Part shown: piece by piece, positions 35,191-43,969 of the stretch | How the letters are laid out: the number at the start of each line of letters is the position of its first letter | Position numbering within the stretch: position 1 is the stretch's first letter | Assembly: GCA_034428455.1 (NCBI GenBank) | Contig: DAOUHZ010000161.1 | Coordinates: 3,459 to 67,458 of the forward strand | DNA: 64,000 nucleotides | Source: Dehalococcoidia bacterium | GTDB taxonomy: Bacteria; Chloroflexota; Dehalococcoidia; Lucifugimonadales; UBA3495 | Reading direction: 5' to 3' | The notes under the pieces: model-generated | The model's database searches: none | Told to the model about the DNA's origin: nothing | Seen by the model: only the letters and a program-made list of their open reading frames with translations | Position numbers and translations under genes: made by a program

Positions 35191-36378
35191 TCAGCTGTAG
35201 CGCATGCGCGGGCCCACGGTGGCCTGGTAGCCCACAAAGTTGCGGCGGGTTTCGGAGATACTGTCGCCGCCGAACTTTTCCATGAAGGCGTCGGCCAGCA
35301 CCAGGGCTACCATCGCCTCCCCGATGACGCCGGCTGGCGGCGCCTGGCAGACGTCGCTGCGTTCGAAATGGGCCTGAACGGGCTCGCCGGTATCCAGGTC
35401 AACCGACGGCAGCGGGTTGTGCAGGGTTGCAATCGGCTTGATCACGAAGCGTGCCACCAGTGGAGGGCCGCTGGTCATGCCCCCTTCGGTGCCGCCCGCG
35501 CGGTTGGTCTTGCGCTGCCACGGGTTGTCCGGATCTGTGACAGGCTCGATCACGTCCTGGAACTCCGAACCCCAGGCGTCCATCAGCTCCCAACCCGGTC
35601 CGATGCTGACGGCCTTGACGGCGTTGATGCTCATCAACGCCTGGGCGATCTTGGCGTCGATCTTGCGGTCCCAGTGGACATGTGAACCGAGGCCGATGGG
35701 CACGTTTTCCGCGATCACTTCCACCGTGCCGCCTACGGTGTCGCCGGCATCGCGGGCTGCGTCCACCTCGGCCATCATATTTTCCGCGGCAGCGTTGTCG
35801 GCGCAATGCACGGGCGACTCTTCCACGGCCTCCCAGTCGATGGCGTCGTGTTCGGGAGGGTCGGCGTGGATGCGGCCGATGGAGATAACATGGCTGTGCA
35901 GCTTGATGCCGAACTCCTCCAACAGGCGCATGGCCACCGCTCCCGCAGCCACCCGCCCGGCAGTCTCGCGAGCGGAGGCGCGCTCCAGCGAGTTGCGCAC
36001 GTCGTGGAAACCGTATTTCATGGCTCCGGGGAGATCGGCATGGCCGGGGCGTATGCGAGTGACGCGACGGTTGCGGCCTTCCTGGGAGGGGTTTTCGACG
36101 TACTCGACGGCCATGGCGTCCTGCCAGTTGACCCAGTCCCGGTTCTCCAGCAGCATCCCGATGGGACTGCCCAAGGTGTAGCCGTGGCGCACGCCGGTCT
36201 GGATGTGGGCATGGTCGCGCTCAATCTGCTGACGCCCACCGCGTCCGTAACCACGCTGGCGGCGGGCCAGGTGGTGCGCGATGTACTCCTCATCCAGGGG
36301 CAGGTAGGCGGGCACGCCTTCCACGATGATCATCAGGCCCTGACCGTGAGATTCGCCTGCCGTAAACCAACGTATCAT
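35191..36378 (-). CDS. aroC: Chorismate synthase
   Basis: MIRWFTAGESHGQGLMIIVEGVP...RRQRGYGRGGRQ...RPGHAD...SARETA motifs. Confidence 0.92.
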   Translation of the reverse strand: MIRWFTAGESHGQGLMIIVEGVPAYLPLDEEYIAHHLARRQRGYGRGGRQQIERDHAHIQTGVRHGYTLGSPIGMLLENRDWVNWQDAMAVEYVENPSQEGRNRRVTRIRPGHADLPGAMKYGFHDVRNSLERASARETAGRVAAGAVAMRLLEEFGIKLHSHVISIGRIHADPPEHDAIDWEAVEESPVHCADNAAAENMMAEVDAARDAGDTVGGTVEVIAENVPIGLGSHVHWDRKIDAKIAQALMSINAVKAVSIGPGWELMDAWGSEFQDVIEPVTDPDNPWQRKTNRAGGTEGGMTSGPPLVARFVIKPIATLHNPLPSVDLDTGEPVQAHFERSDVCQAPPAGVIGEAMVALVLADAFMEKFGGDSISETRRNFVGYQATVGPRMRYS

Positions 36379-36403
36379 CGAGTTTGGGCCTCCTGGAATG
36401 GGG

Positions 36404-37276
36404 TCATCGTGCTTCGGCTTCGCGCTCGCGCATGGCGGACATGGCGGCGTCCATCATCACGGAAACGGGCGCGGGTCTTTCCAGCCACAATTCAAAGGAT
36501 GCGGCGCCCTGGTACACCAGCATGGAAATGCCGCCCAGGGTCGGGGCTCCAACTGAGTGCGCCTCACTGAGCAGCGGGGTCAGCATGGGATTATACACGA
36601 GGTCGTAAACCAGGGCAGACGGAGGTATCTGCGACGCGGTCAGGAGTGAAGCATCCTCGTCGGGCCCGTGGCGCATACCCAGCGAAGTGCAGTTGACGAT
36701 CAGATCGATTCCCTCGGGCACGTTGCCAGTTTGCAGGGCGTCCAGTCGAATCGGCCACGCGGGCACACCGCGATTGGCGGACAGTTCGGCCAACGCTTCG
36801 GCCCGCTCCAGGGTCCGGTTCGCGATGAAAAGTTCGGCGACGCCGGCCCGGAGCAAGGCTTGCACCACCCCGCGCGCGGACCCGCCGGCGCCCAGGATCA
36901 AGGCGCGCTTGCCGCCAGGATCCAGTCCGCCCGACTCGCGGAGCGCGCGGAGGAACCCGTAGCCGTCGGTGTTGTAGCCGACAAGTCGCCCGGCGCGATT
37001 GACTATCGTGTTCACGGCGCCCGCTTCCGCCGCCCACTCGTCAATCTCGTCCAGGTAGGGAATGACCGCTTCTTTATGAGGCACGGTGACGTTGATGCCC
37101 AGCGCGCCATCGGAACGCAGAGACGCCACGAAATCCGCGACCAGATCGGGAGGCACGTCGTAAGGCAAGTAACGGTGGTCGACGACGAGATGATCCAGCC
37201 CGGCCTGCTGGAACCGGGGAGATATCGAGTGGCCGATGGGGTGGCCGATGATGCCGAGGGCCGAATTTATCTTCAT
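36404..37276 (-). CDS. aroE: Shikimate dehydrogenase
   Basis: GIIGHPIGHSISPRFQQAG...GINVTVPHKEAV...NTIVN...GYNTDGYGF...ILGAGGSARG. Start taken at ATG 37276 (MKINSALG). Confidence 0.88.
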   Translation of the reverse strand: MKINSALGIIGHPIGHSISPRFQQAGLDHLVVDHRYLPYDVPPDLVADFVASLRSDGALGINVTVPHKEAVIPYLDEIDEWAAEAGAVNTIVNRAGRLVGYNTDGYGFLRALRESGGLDPGGKRALILGAGGSARGVVQALLRAGVAELFIANRTLERAEALAELSANRGVPAWPIRLDALQTGNVPEGIDLIVNCTSLGMRHGPDEDASLLTASQIPPSALVYDLVYNPMLTPLLSEAHSVGAPTLGGISMLVYQGAASFELWLERPAPVSVMMDAAMSAMREREAEAR

Positions 37277-37390
37277 GCGAAACCACGGAAATCGCATAAT
37301 GCCAGGCGGGGTGCGCCCACGACATTCTATCAGAGAGCAGAAAGCCCCGAAGGCTATGCGCCTTCGGGGCCAATTCGGCACGCTTGCGCG

Positions 37391-38050
37391 CTAGTTGACT
37401 CTCAAGTCGCGGATTTCGCGACAGCCGATGGATGTCCTCGGAGTATCAAATCCGGTGTCGCTACCGGCGACGAAAATGTCAAAGAACTGATCGAACTCGG
37501 TGATCGAAAGCTGGTACCTGCCATCCTCGTCGGTCCTGTCATCCGCTGCGATGCGGCCGGAGCCATCTTTTCTGACGGCCGCAACCAGAGTGTTGCTGAC
37601 TGGCCCTCCACTGTCCCTGACCACGCCAACGACGATGCACGGTATCTGGCTGGCGGGGTTGCTTACGGGTGTGGCAGTAGGAATCGGTGTGGGCACTGGC
37701 GTGCTGGTCGGCTCCGGTGTGTTGGTGGGCGCCGGGGTTGGCATCGGCGTCGGCGTCGGTACCGGAGTGGCCGTCGGCATGGCGGCGCGGGTCGCTGCGA
37801 TGCTGGCGTCGATGGTAGCCTGGATATCGGGTGTCGGTTCGGGAGTGGGGGGCTCCGGCGTGTCGGTCGGAGGTATGGGCGTTTCAGTGGGTACCGCGAG
37901 CGAGACCGCAGCTGCGATGGTGGCCGCAAGGTCCGGAGTGGCCGTAGGCTCCGGTTCTTCCCCGCCGCCAAAGAAGCAGCCGGTGGTGGCGGCGAGCACA
38001 AGTATGGCGATTACACCTAAAATCAAAAATCGGGCGACGTTGCGCGACAT
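37391..38050 (-). CDS. Lipoprotein with a Pro/Thr-rich linker and a C-terminal carboxypeptidase-regulatory-like beta domain
   Basis: Signal peptide plus lipobox LAATTGC. Long TPEPTP/TPVPTP low-complexity tract. C-terminal IVVGVVRDSGGPVSNTLVAAV...TDEDGRYQLSI. Confidence 0.6.
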   Translation of the reverse strand: MSRNVARFLILGVIAILVLAATTGCFFGGGEEPEPTATPDLAATIAAAVSLAVPTETPIPPTDTPEPPTPEPTPDIQATIDASIAATRAAMPTATPVPTPTPMPTPAPTNTPEPTSTPVPTPIPTATPVSNPASQIPCIVVGVVRDSGGPVSNTLVAAVRKDGSGRIAADDRTDEDGRYQLSITEFDQFFDIFVAGSDTGFDTPRTSIGCREIRDLRVN

Positions 38051-38154
38051 CTAGAGACTCCTGCTCCGGGGCGATAAGGGTCGACAGGACATATTCTGAC
38101 AGCTTGGGGCTCCCGGCGCTCCAAGCGTTGCGTGCAGATTATGGCAATCTTGGG

Positions 38155-40872
38155 TCAGACCCCCAGTTGCGCGATTATGTCCTCGATGCGCTGGCGTTCC
38201 TCAGTGAGCGAACGCAAGCGTTGGCGTTCATTCTCAACAACCTCAGCGCGGGCCTTGGAAACGAAGTTGGGATTTGCCAGCAGCTGTTCCTTGCGTGTTT
38301 CGTCCTGGCGCTTGGACTCCAGTTCCCGGTGCAAACGGTCGTATTCGGCCTTCAGGTCCACCCCTTCCAGGGGCAAACGGACCACCAGCGGATTGACCAC
38401 CAGGCTGACGCCCGTGGTCGTGTCCGCATCGCCTGCGTCCAACAACCGCAACGGTTCCACTCGAGCCAGAGCGCAGATCACCTCCTGCTCTTCCTCTACG
38501 ACGGCCCGCATCCCGTTGGTTTCAATCGCGGCCTCCAATTTTTGTCCCGCCGGGATGCGCAACTGGGCTCGCATGTTGCGCACCGCCCGCACGGTCTGCA
38601 TTACGATGTCCACGTCCGCCTCCGCGTCCGGCGCCGAGCGCGGCGTGTCAACCTGGGGATACGGACACACCATGATGGACGCGGGGAGGCCGGCCTCCGG
38701 CGCGGGAACACGCCCCGTGAGGTTCTGCCAGATCTCCTCGGTGACGAAGGGCATGAACGGGTGCAAGAGGCGGAGCAGGCGCTCCAGGACGTGAACCAGG
38801 GTTGTCGCCGCCGCCGTCGCGTCAACCGAATCGGCAACCCGGAGCCGGACCTTGGCCATCTCGATATACCAGTCGCAGAAATCGTTCCATGCGAAGTCGT
38901 AGATCTTCTGCTGGGCTTCTCCCAGTTCGAACGCGGTCAGGGCCTGGTTCACGGTGGTGGTGAGATCATCCAGGCGGCTGACTATCCAACGATCCTCGCG
39001 GTGAGCCGGCGCGGCAATCTGATGCCAATCGCCTAATTCGCCTTGTCCGGCAGCTGCCCTGGCTTCGACGACGCTGATCACGTAACGTGCAGCGTTCCAG
39101 ATCTTGTTGGCAAAATTGCGAGCCGATTCCAGTTTCTCGTCGCTGAGGCGGAGGTTGTTGCCGGGCGCGGTTCCGGTGGTCAACGCGAACCGCAGGGCGT
39201 CGGTGCCGTATTGCTCCAGCAGGTCCAGCGGGTCCAGGGTGTTGCCCCGGGTCTTGCTCATCTTCTGGCCCTCGGCGTCAAGAACCATGCCGTGCAGGTA
39301 TACCGACCGGAACGGGACGTCACCCGTGTTTTCGATGCCCAACATGATCATGCGGGCAACCCAGAAAAACAGGATGTCGTAGCCCGTTTCCAGCACGGAG
39401 TTGGGGTAAAAGTAGTCGAGATCATCCGAGTCAACATTCGGCCATCCCAGGGTCGAGTGGGGCCAGAGACCGCTGCTGAACCAGGTATCGAGCACATCGC
39501 TTTCCTGCTCGATATCCGCGATGCCGCATTGAGGACACGTCGCTGGATCATCGACGTGAGCAGAGTGATCACCGCAAGCGCCGCAGTACCACACTGGAAT
39601 GCGGTGTCCCCACCACAATTGCCGACTTATGCACCAATCCCGGATGTTCTCCAACCAGTTCAAATAAACGCGGGAGAACCGGTCAGGCACGATTTCAATA
39701 TCCCGATTGACCACCGCGGCGTAGGCATTGCCGGCGATGGTGCCCGGTTGGTCATGCTTGCCCACGTTCAGGAACCATTGCAGGCTGATGAGCGGTTCCA
39801 CCACTTCGGTACAGCGTTGGCAATGGCCCACCGAGTGATGGTAGTCCTCCACGCCTTCCAGCGCCCCGATGGCCTCAAGCTCGGCGACAACGGCCGCGCG
39901 GGCGGCGAAGCGCTCCATGCCGGCGTACCTGACTCCGGCCTCGTCGGTCATGCAGCCATCGAAACCGATGACCGTGATTATGGGAAGGTTATGTCGTTCT
40001 CCGATTTCGAAGTCGATGATGTCGTGGCCGGGGGTAACCTTCAGCGCGCCGGTTCCGAACTCCATCTCAATGGCCGTGTCGCCGACCACCGGTATCTGGC
40101 GGCCCACGATGGGCAGCGTGACCATGCCGCCGATCCTGTCGGTGTAACGCTGGTCGTCGGGGTGAACCGCGACACCGGTGTCGCCCAGCATTGACTCGGG
40201 CCGGGTGGTAGCCACCGTCACGCCGTCAGCGGGATTGTCTGCCGAGGGATAGCGGATGTGGTAAAGCTTGCCGTCCTGCTCCTCGTGATCGACTTCGAGA
40301 TCGGACAGGGCGGTAGCGCAGCGGGGACACCAGTTGATGATGCGCTCGTGGCGGTAGATCAGTCCCTTGTTGAACAGGTTCACAAAGGTAGTGCGCACGG
40401 CGTGGACCGGGCCCGGATCCAGCGTGAACCGCAGGCGGGACCAGTCGCAGGATGCGCCCAGGCGACGGTGCTGCTCGTCAATGGTGTTCCCGTAGAGCCG
40501 CACCCATTCCCAGACGCGCTCCTCGAACTTCTCGCGGCCCAGATCGTGCCGGCTGGTTCCTTCGGCGGCCAGGGCGCGTTCCACCACCCATTGAGTGGCA
40601 ATCCCGGCATGATCCTTGCCGGGCAGCCAGAGAGTGGGATCGCCGCACATCCGGTGCCACCGGGCCAGGGAATCCTGGAGGCTGGCGGTCAGGGCGTGAC
40701 CCAGGTGCAACTCCCCCGTGACGTTGGGCGGGGGCATTACCACGCAGAAAGGTTGGCGGTCGGGATCGATGCGCGGTACGAAGTATCCGGCGTCCCACCA
40801 GTTCTGATAGATGCGCTGTTCGACCGAGGTGGCATCATAGGCGCGGGGCATGGCGGAAGCAGAGGCAGTCAT
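38155..40872 (-). CDS. valS: Valine--tRNA ligase
   Basis: PPPNVTGELHLGHAL (HIGH), KMSKTRGN (KMSKS), and a C-terminal coiled coil. Start at ATG 40872 (or 40851). Confidence 0.93.
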   Translation of the reverse strand: MTASASAMPRAYDATSVEQRIYQNWWDAGYFVPRIDPDRQPFCVVMPPPNVTGELHLGHALTASLQDSLARWHRMCGDPTLWLPGKDHAGIATQWVVERALAAEGTSRHDLGREKFEERVWEWVRLYGNTIDEQHRRLGASCDWSRLRFTLDPGPVHAVRTTFVNLFNKGLIYRHERIINWCPRCATALSDLEVDHEEQDGKLYHIRYPSADNPADGVTVATTRPESMLGDTGVAVHPDDQRYTDRIGGMVTLPIVGRQIPVVGDTAIEMEFGTGALKVTPGHDIIDFEIGERHNLPIITVIGFDGCMTDEAGVRYAGMERFAARAAVVAELEAIGALEGVEDYHHSVGHCQRCTEVVEPLISLQWFLNVGKHDQPGTIAGNAYAAVVNRDIEIVPDRFSRVYLNWLENIRDWCISRQLWWGHRIPVWYCGACGDHSAHVDDPATCPQCGIADIEQESDVLDTWFSSGLWPHSTLGWPNVDSDDLDYFYPNSVLETGYDILFFWVARMIMLGIENTGDVPFRSVYLHGMVLDAEGQKMSKTRGNTLDPLDLLEQYGTDALRFALTTGTAPGNNLRLSDEKLESARNFANKIWNAARYVISVVEARAAAGQGELGDWHQIAAPAHREDRWIVSRLDDLTTTVNQALTAFELGEAQQKIYDFAWNDFCDWYIEMAKVRLRVADSVDATAAATTLVHVLERLLRLLHPFMPFVTEEIWQNLTGRVPAPEAGLPASIMVCPYPQVDTPRSAPDAEADVDIVMQTVRAVRNMRAQLRIPAGQKLEAAIETNGMRAVVEEEQEVICALARVEPLRLLDAGDADTTTGVSLVVNPLVVRLPLEGVDLKAEYDRLHRELESKRQDETRKEQLLANPNFVSKARAEVVENERQRLRSLTEERQRIEDIIAQLGV

Positions 40873-41129
40873 TCGTACCGTCCCATCAATCAGCGCCAGG
40901 GGCCGCTGGTCCGGCCATATCCGGCGACACGTCGAGCATTGAAAAACTTTTGAAAAATGGTAGCACCGGCTTATCGGGATTGTCCACACGAAGACCCGCT
41001 TGAGACGATTCCTGAACCCTGACGACCTGATCCGAAAAACCGTGAACAGAGAGCGGTTGCTGTGCTCAACTCGTCCGTTGGCTGCACTTTGCTATACTGA
41101 TTGAGCAGCCGTCGGGCAGGAGGTGAGCC

Positions 41130-41642
41130 GTGGCGACGATGACAACGCAAACTCGTAACGCCGTCTGGGGAACGCTTTGCGACTTGGAGTGGAACAAACG
41201 GTACTACGCGGCCATGGCGGACAAATACAAGCGCACTCATTTGTCGGTCCGATTCGCGATCTTATCCGGGATCGTCGCTGAAGGCTTCATCCTGTACTTC
41301 GTGCGTGAGTACGAGTGGCTCTTTCTAGCCGGTCTGGCTTTAGGACTGCTTTTAGCGTTGGGCACCATTTGGGACGCGCTGTCTGACTATGCGCAAAATG
41401 CGGCCAATTTGCAGAACGCTGAGTTCACGTGCGATTCATTGCTTCAGGAAGTCGAAGAGTTGTGGCGGGCGATAGAAACGGGGCGAATGGAATTAGATGA
41501 AGCTGAGTCCGCTTTGCAATCAATCAAACGGAGATGGGCCGCATCAACCGAGCGCGCCAGGGTGAGGACAGACCAGCGGATTAACAACAAGGCGTATGAT
41601 GACGCCAACGAGGATATACGAAATCGGTATGCGGTTCAGTGA
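41130..41642 (+). CDS. 2-TM protein with DUF4231/SLATT-like architecture
   Basis: LEWNKRYYAAMADKYKRTHLSVRF is followed by two TM helices (AILSGIVAEGFILYFV, WLFLAGLALGLLLALGTIW) and a helical tail. GTG 41130 has AGGAGG 6 nt upstream. Lower G+C than valS. Confidence 0.5.
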   Translation: MATMTTQTRNAVWGTLCDLEWNKRYYAAMADKYKRTHLSVRFAILSGIVAEGFILYFVREYEWLFLAGLALGLLLALGTIWDALSDYAQNAANLQNAEFTCDSLLQEVEELWRAIETGRMELDEAESALQSIKRRWAASTERARVRTDQRINNKAYDDANEDIRNRYAVQ

Positions 41643-41877
41643 TTCAAGCCCGAGGCAGGTGCCAGGGCCTGAACGACCACCGAGGCCGCAACCGCCTCCA
41701 CCTCAACCAGCGCCCCCACCGCGAGAGAGCGAACCGGATCGGCATCCAACGAACCCGCCCAGACCTGCCCGACAGTAGCTCCAGTGGCCAATTTCTACTG
41801 AACCGCGGTCTTAACGAGAGAGTCGCTATAGTGGACAGGCACGGCGGATTTCCGCCGTCCGTCCACGGGTAAAGCGT

Positions 41878-42762
41878 TTAGCCGGCCCGACGCAGCCTGG
41901 GGTCGAGGTAGTCCCGAAGCCAGTCGCCGAAGAAGTTGAACGCCATCACGACCACCGTGATCACCAGCCCGGGGAACAGCGCGATCCACCACGCCTGGGT
42001 CAAAAATTCGCGTCCTTCCGCAACCAGGATGCCCCACGCCGGATCGCCGGGGGCGAGGCCCAGTCCCAGGAAGCTGAGCGAGGCTTCCAGCAGGATGACC
42101 TGGCCGACGCTGACGCTGGTCAGCACCATCAGGGTGTTGATGACGTTAGGGAACAAGTGACGCCAGACGATCATGCCGGGCGATACCCCGTAGATCTGGG
42201 CCAGGACCACGAAGTCACGGTCGCGTATGGCGAGAACTTCACCACGAATCATGCGCGCGAACCGCGCCCATTGGGTGGCCGCGATGGCGATCATCACGTT
42301 CCAAACCCCGGTCCCCAAATAGGTGACGATCAACAGCGCCACCAGGATTGACGGGAAGCCCAATACCGCGTCGGTTATTCGCATCAGCACCGAATCTGCC
42401 CACCGGCCGGAGTACCCGGACACCAGCCCTACTATCGTGCCGGCGAGAATGGCGACAACCATCGACGGCGCGGTCACTTGGAGCATGGTCCGGGCGCCGT
42501 AGATCAGGCGGCTGAGCATGTCCTTGCCCAGGCGGTCGGTGCCCAGGATGTGCTCGCTGCTGGCGAAGGGGGGCTGCAGCTTGTTGCGCACGTCGTTGGC
42601 GCGCGGGTCGTGAGGAGCAACCAGGTTGGCGAACGCCGCGCAGAATACGATGACGAGCAGGATTGCGATGGGAACCCAGGGCAAGCGCGCGTCCTTGATG
42701 CGCTGCGCCACGGACACGGGAGCGCGTTCGTCAAGAACCAGCGTCGGATTTTCAGAAGCCAA
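41878..42762 (-). CDS. ABC transporter permease (peptide/nickel DppC/OppC type)
   Basis: N-terminal LPWVPIAILLVIVFCAAFANLVAPHDP and the EAA-loop region FVVLAQIYGVSPGMIVWRHLFPN. Confidence 0.85.
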   Translation of the reverse strand: MASENPTLVLDERAPVSVAQRIKDARLPWVPIAILLVIVFCAAFANLVAPHDPRANDVRNKLQPPFASSEHILGTDRLGKDMLSRLIYGARTMLQVTAPSMVVAILAGTIVGLVSGYSGRWADSVLMRITDAVLGFPSILVALLIVTYLGTGVWNVMIAIAATQWARFARMIRGEVLAIRDRDFVVLAQIYGVSPGMIVWRHLFPNVINTLMVLTSVSVGQVILLEASLSFLGLGLAPGDPAWGILVAEGREFLTQAWWIALFPGLVITVVVMAFNFFGDWLRDYLDPRLRRAG

Positions 42763-42784
42763 TCTTGCCCTCCAGATTGCTTTA

Positions 42785-42891
42785 CGTCATTCCGGCATTG
42801 CTTTGCGTCATTCCGGCGAAAGCCGGAATCCACATGCCCTGCGTGATAGCCATGCCTCTTCTTTTGGATTCCCGCTTTCGCGGGAACGACG
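42785..42891. repeat. Family-A hairpin repeat pair (plus a partial extra left end) between two permease cistrons
   Basis: CGTCATTCCGGC (partial, 42785-42796). CGTCATTCCGGCGAAAGCCGGAATCCAC (42806-42833). Inverted TGGATTCCCGCTTTCGCGGGAACGACG (42865-42891). Confidence 0.8.
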
Positions 42892-42909
42892 AATTGAAGT
42901 CCTCGGCAG

Positions 42910-43875
42910 TTAGTTCATCCGAACCCGAGGGTCGGCGTAACCGTACAGGATGTCAACGACCAGCGCGGTCAGGATGTAGGCCGCGCCGGAGACCATGATG
43001 GCTCCCTCAACCTGCGGGAAGTTGTTGGAGAGCACCCCCTCCAGCAGCATCAGACCGACGCCGGGCCACGCAAAAACGACCTCGACAACCACCGAGCCGT
43101 TGAGCAGGCCGGCCAGGCTGATCCCGCCGAAGGTGATAACCGGGATCAGCGCGTTGCGGGCCGCATGTTTCCAGATGACCACCCGGTCGCTCATTCCCTT
43201 GACCTGGGCGAATTTCACGTAGTCGCTGTCCAGCACCTCCAGCATCGCGGATCGGGCGAGCCGCATGATGGCGGCGATGATCGCCAGAGCCAGGACGAAA
43301 GCCGGCAGGATGAGGTGGAGCAGCATATTCGGTATCTGCGACCAGGTGGGGAACCACCCGGTCACGTCTCCTCTGCCGAATGCCGGCAATAACCCCCAAT
43401 ACCCGGCAAACACGATGATCAGCATGATCGCCACCCAGAACTGCGGCGCGGCCATGCCGAAGATGGCAAAAGCCTTGCAGACGCGGTCCAGGAAAGTGTC
43501 CCGCTTTACCGCCGAGATGATGCCTAAAGGCACGCCGATCCCGATGGCCAATATGGTCCCGGCGATTGCCAGGTGCACCGTCGCCGGAATGCGCTCCAAC
43601 AGGATTTCCTGCACGGGCCGGCGGGCCGTGAAAGAGTCGCCGAAGTCCAGCCGGACCGCCTTAATCAGGAAGTTCCAGTACTGGACGATGAACGGCTTGT
43701 CCAGGCCGTAGGCGGCCTTCTGGGCTTCGTACACCGACTCGTCGTGCTCAGCGGATATGGGCAACAGGAACCGGGCGGGATCGCCGGTCAGATGCACGCT
43801 GCCGAATACGACAAAGCTCAGGGCGATCAGCGTGACCAACCCCTCGCCGATGCGCCGCACGATGTATGTGGTCAT
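42910..43875 (-). CDS. ABC transporter permease (DppB/OppB type)
   Basis: MTTYIVRRIGEGLVTLIALSFVVFGSVHLTGDP and YVKFAQVKGMSDRVVIWKHAARNALIP. Confidence 0.85.
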   Translation of the reverse strand: MTTYIVRRIGEGLVTLIALSFVVFGSVHLTGDPARFLLPISAEHDESVYEAQKAAYGLDKPFIVQYWNFLIKAVRLDFGDSFTARRPVQEILLERIPATVHLAIAGTILAIGIGVPLGIISAVKRDTFLDRVCKAFAIFGMAAPQFWVAIMLIIVFAGYWGLLPAFGRGDVTGWFPTWSQIPNMLLHLILPAFVLALAIIAAIMRLARSAMLEVLDSDYVKFAQVKGMSDRVVIWKHAARNALIPVITFGGISLAGLLNGSVVVEVVFAWPGVGLMLLEGVLSNNFPQVEGAIMVSGAAYILTALVVDILYGYADPRVRMN

Positions 43876-43969
43876 ATTATTAGCCTAAAAACGATGCTCT
43901 AAGTTTTCAGCGGCCGGCGCCCGTCGGTATTTTGGACGACGCCGGCCGCTGGTGTCCACTAAATGGCGC

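Noticed and set aside
37650-37900. Repetitive DNA that might have been a CRISPR or tandem-repeat array.
   Set aside because: It is the Pro/Thr-rich low-complexity linker of the lipoprotein gene (a TPEPTP/TPVPTP coding bias), with no repeat-spacer periodicity. No CRISPR-like array was seen anywhere in the window.
41629-41778. The proline-rich 49-codon ORF as an independent annotated gene.
   Set aside because: There is no RBS, the sequence is of extreme low complexity, and it overlaps the end of the SLATT-like gene. It is kept only as a note inside that finding.
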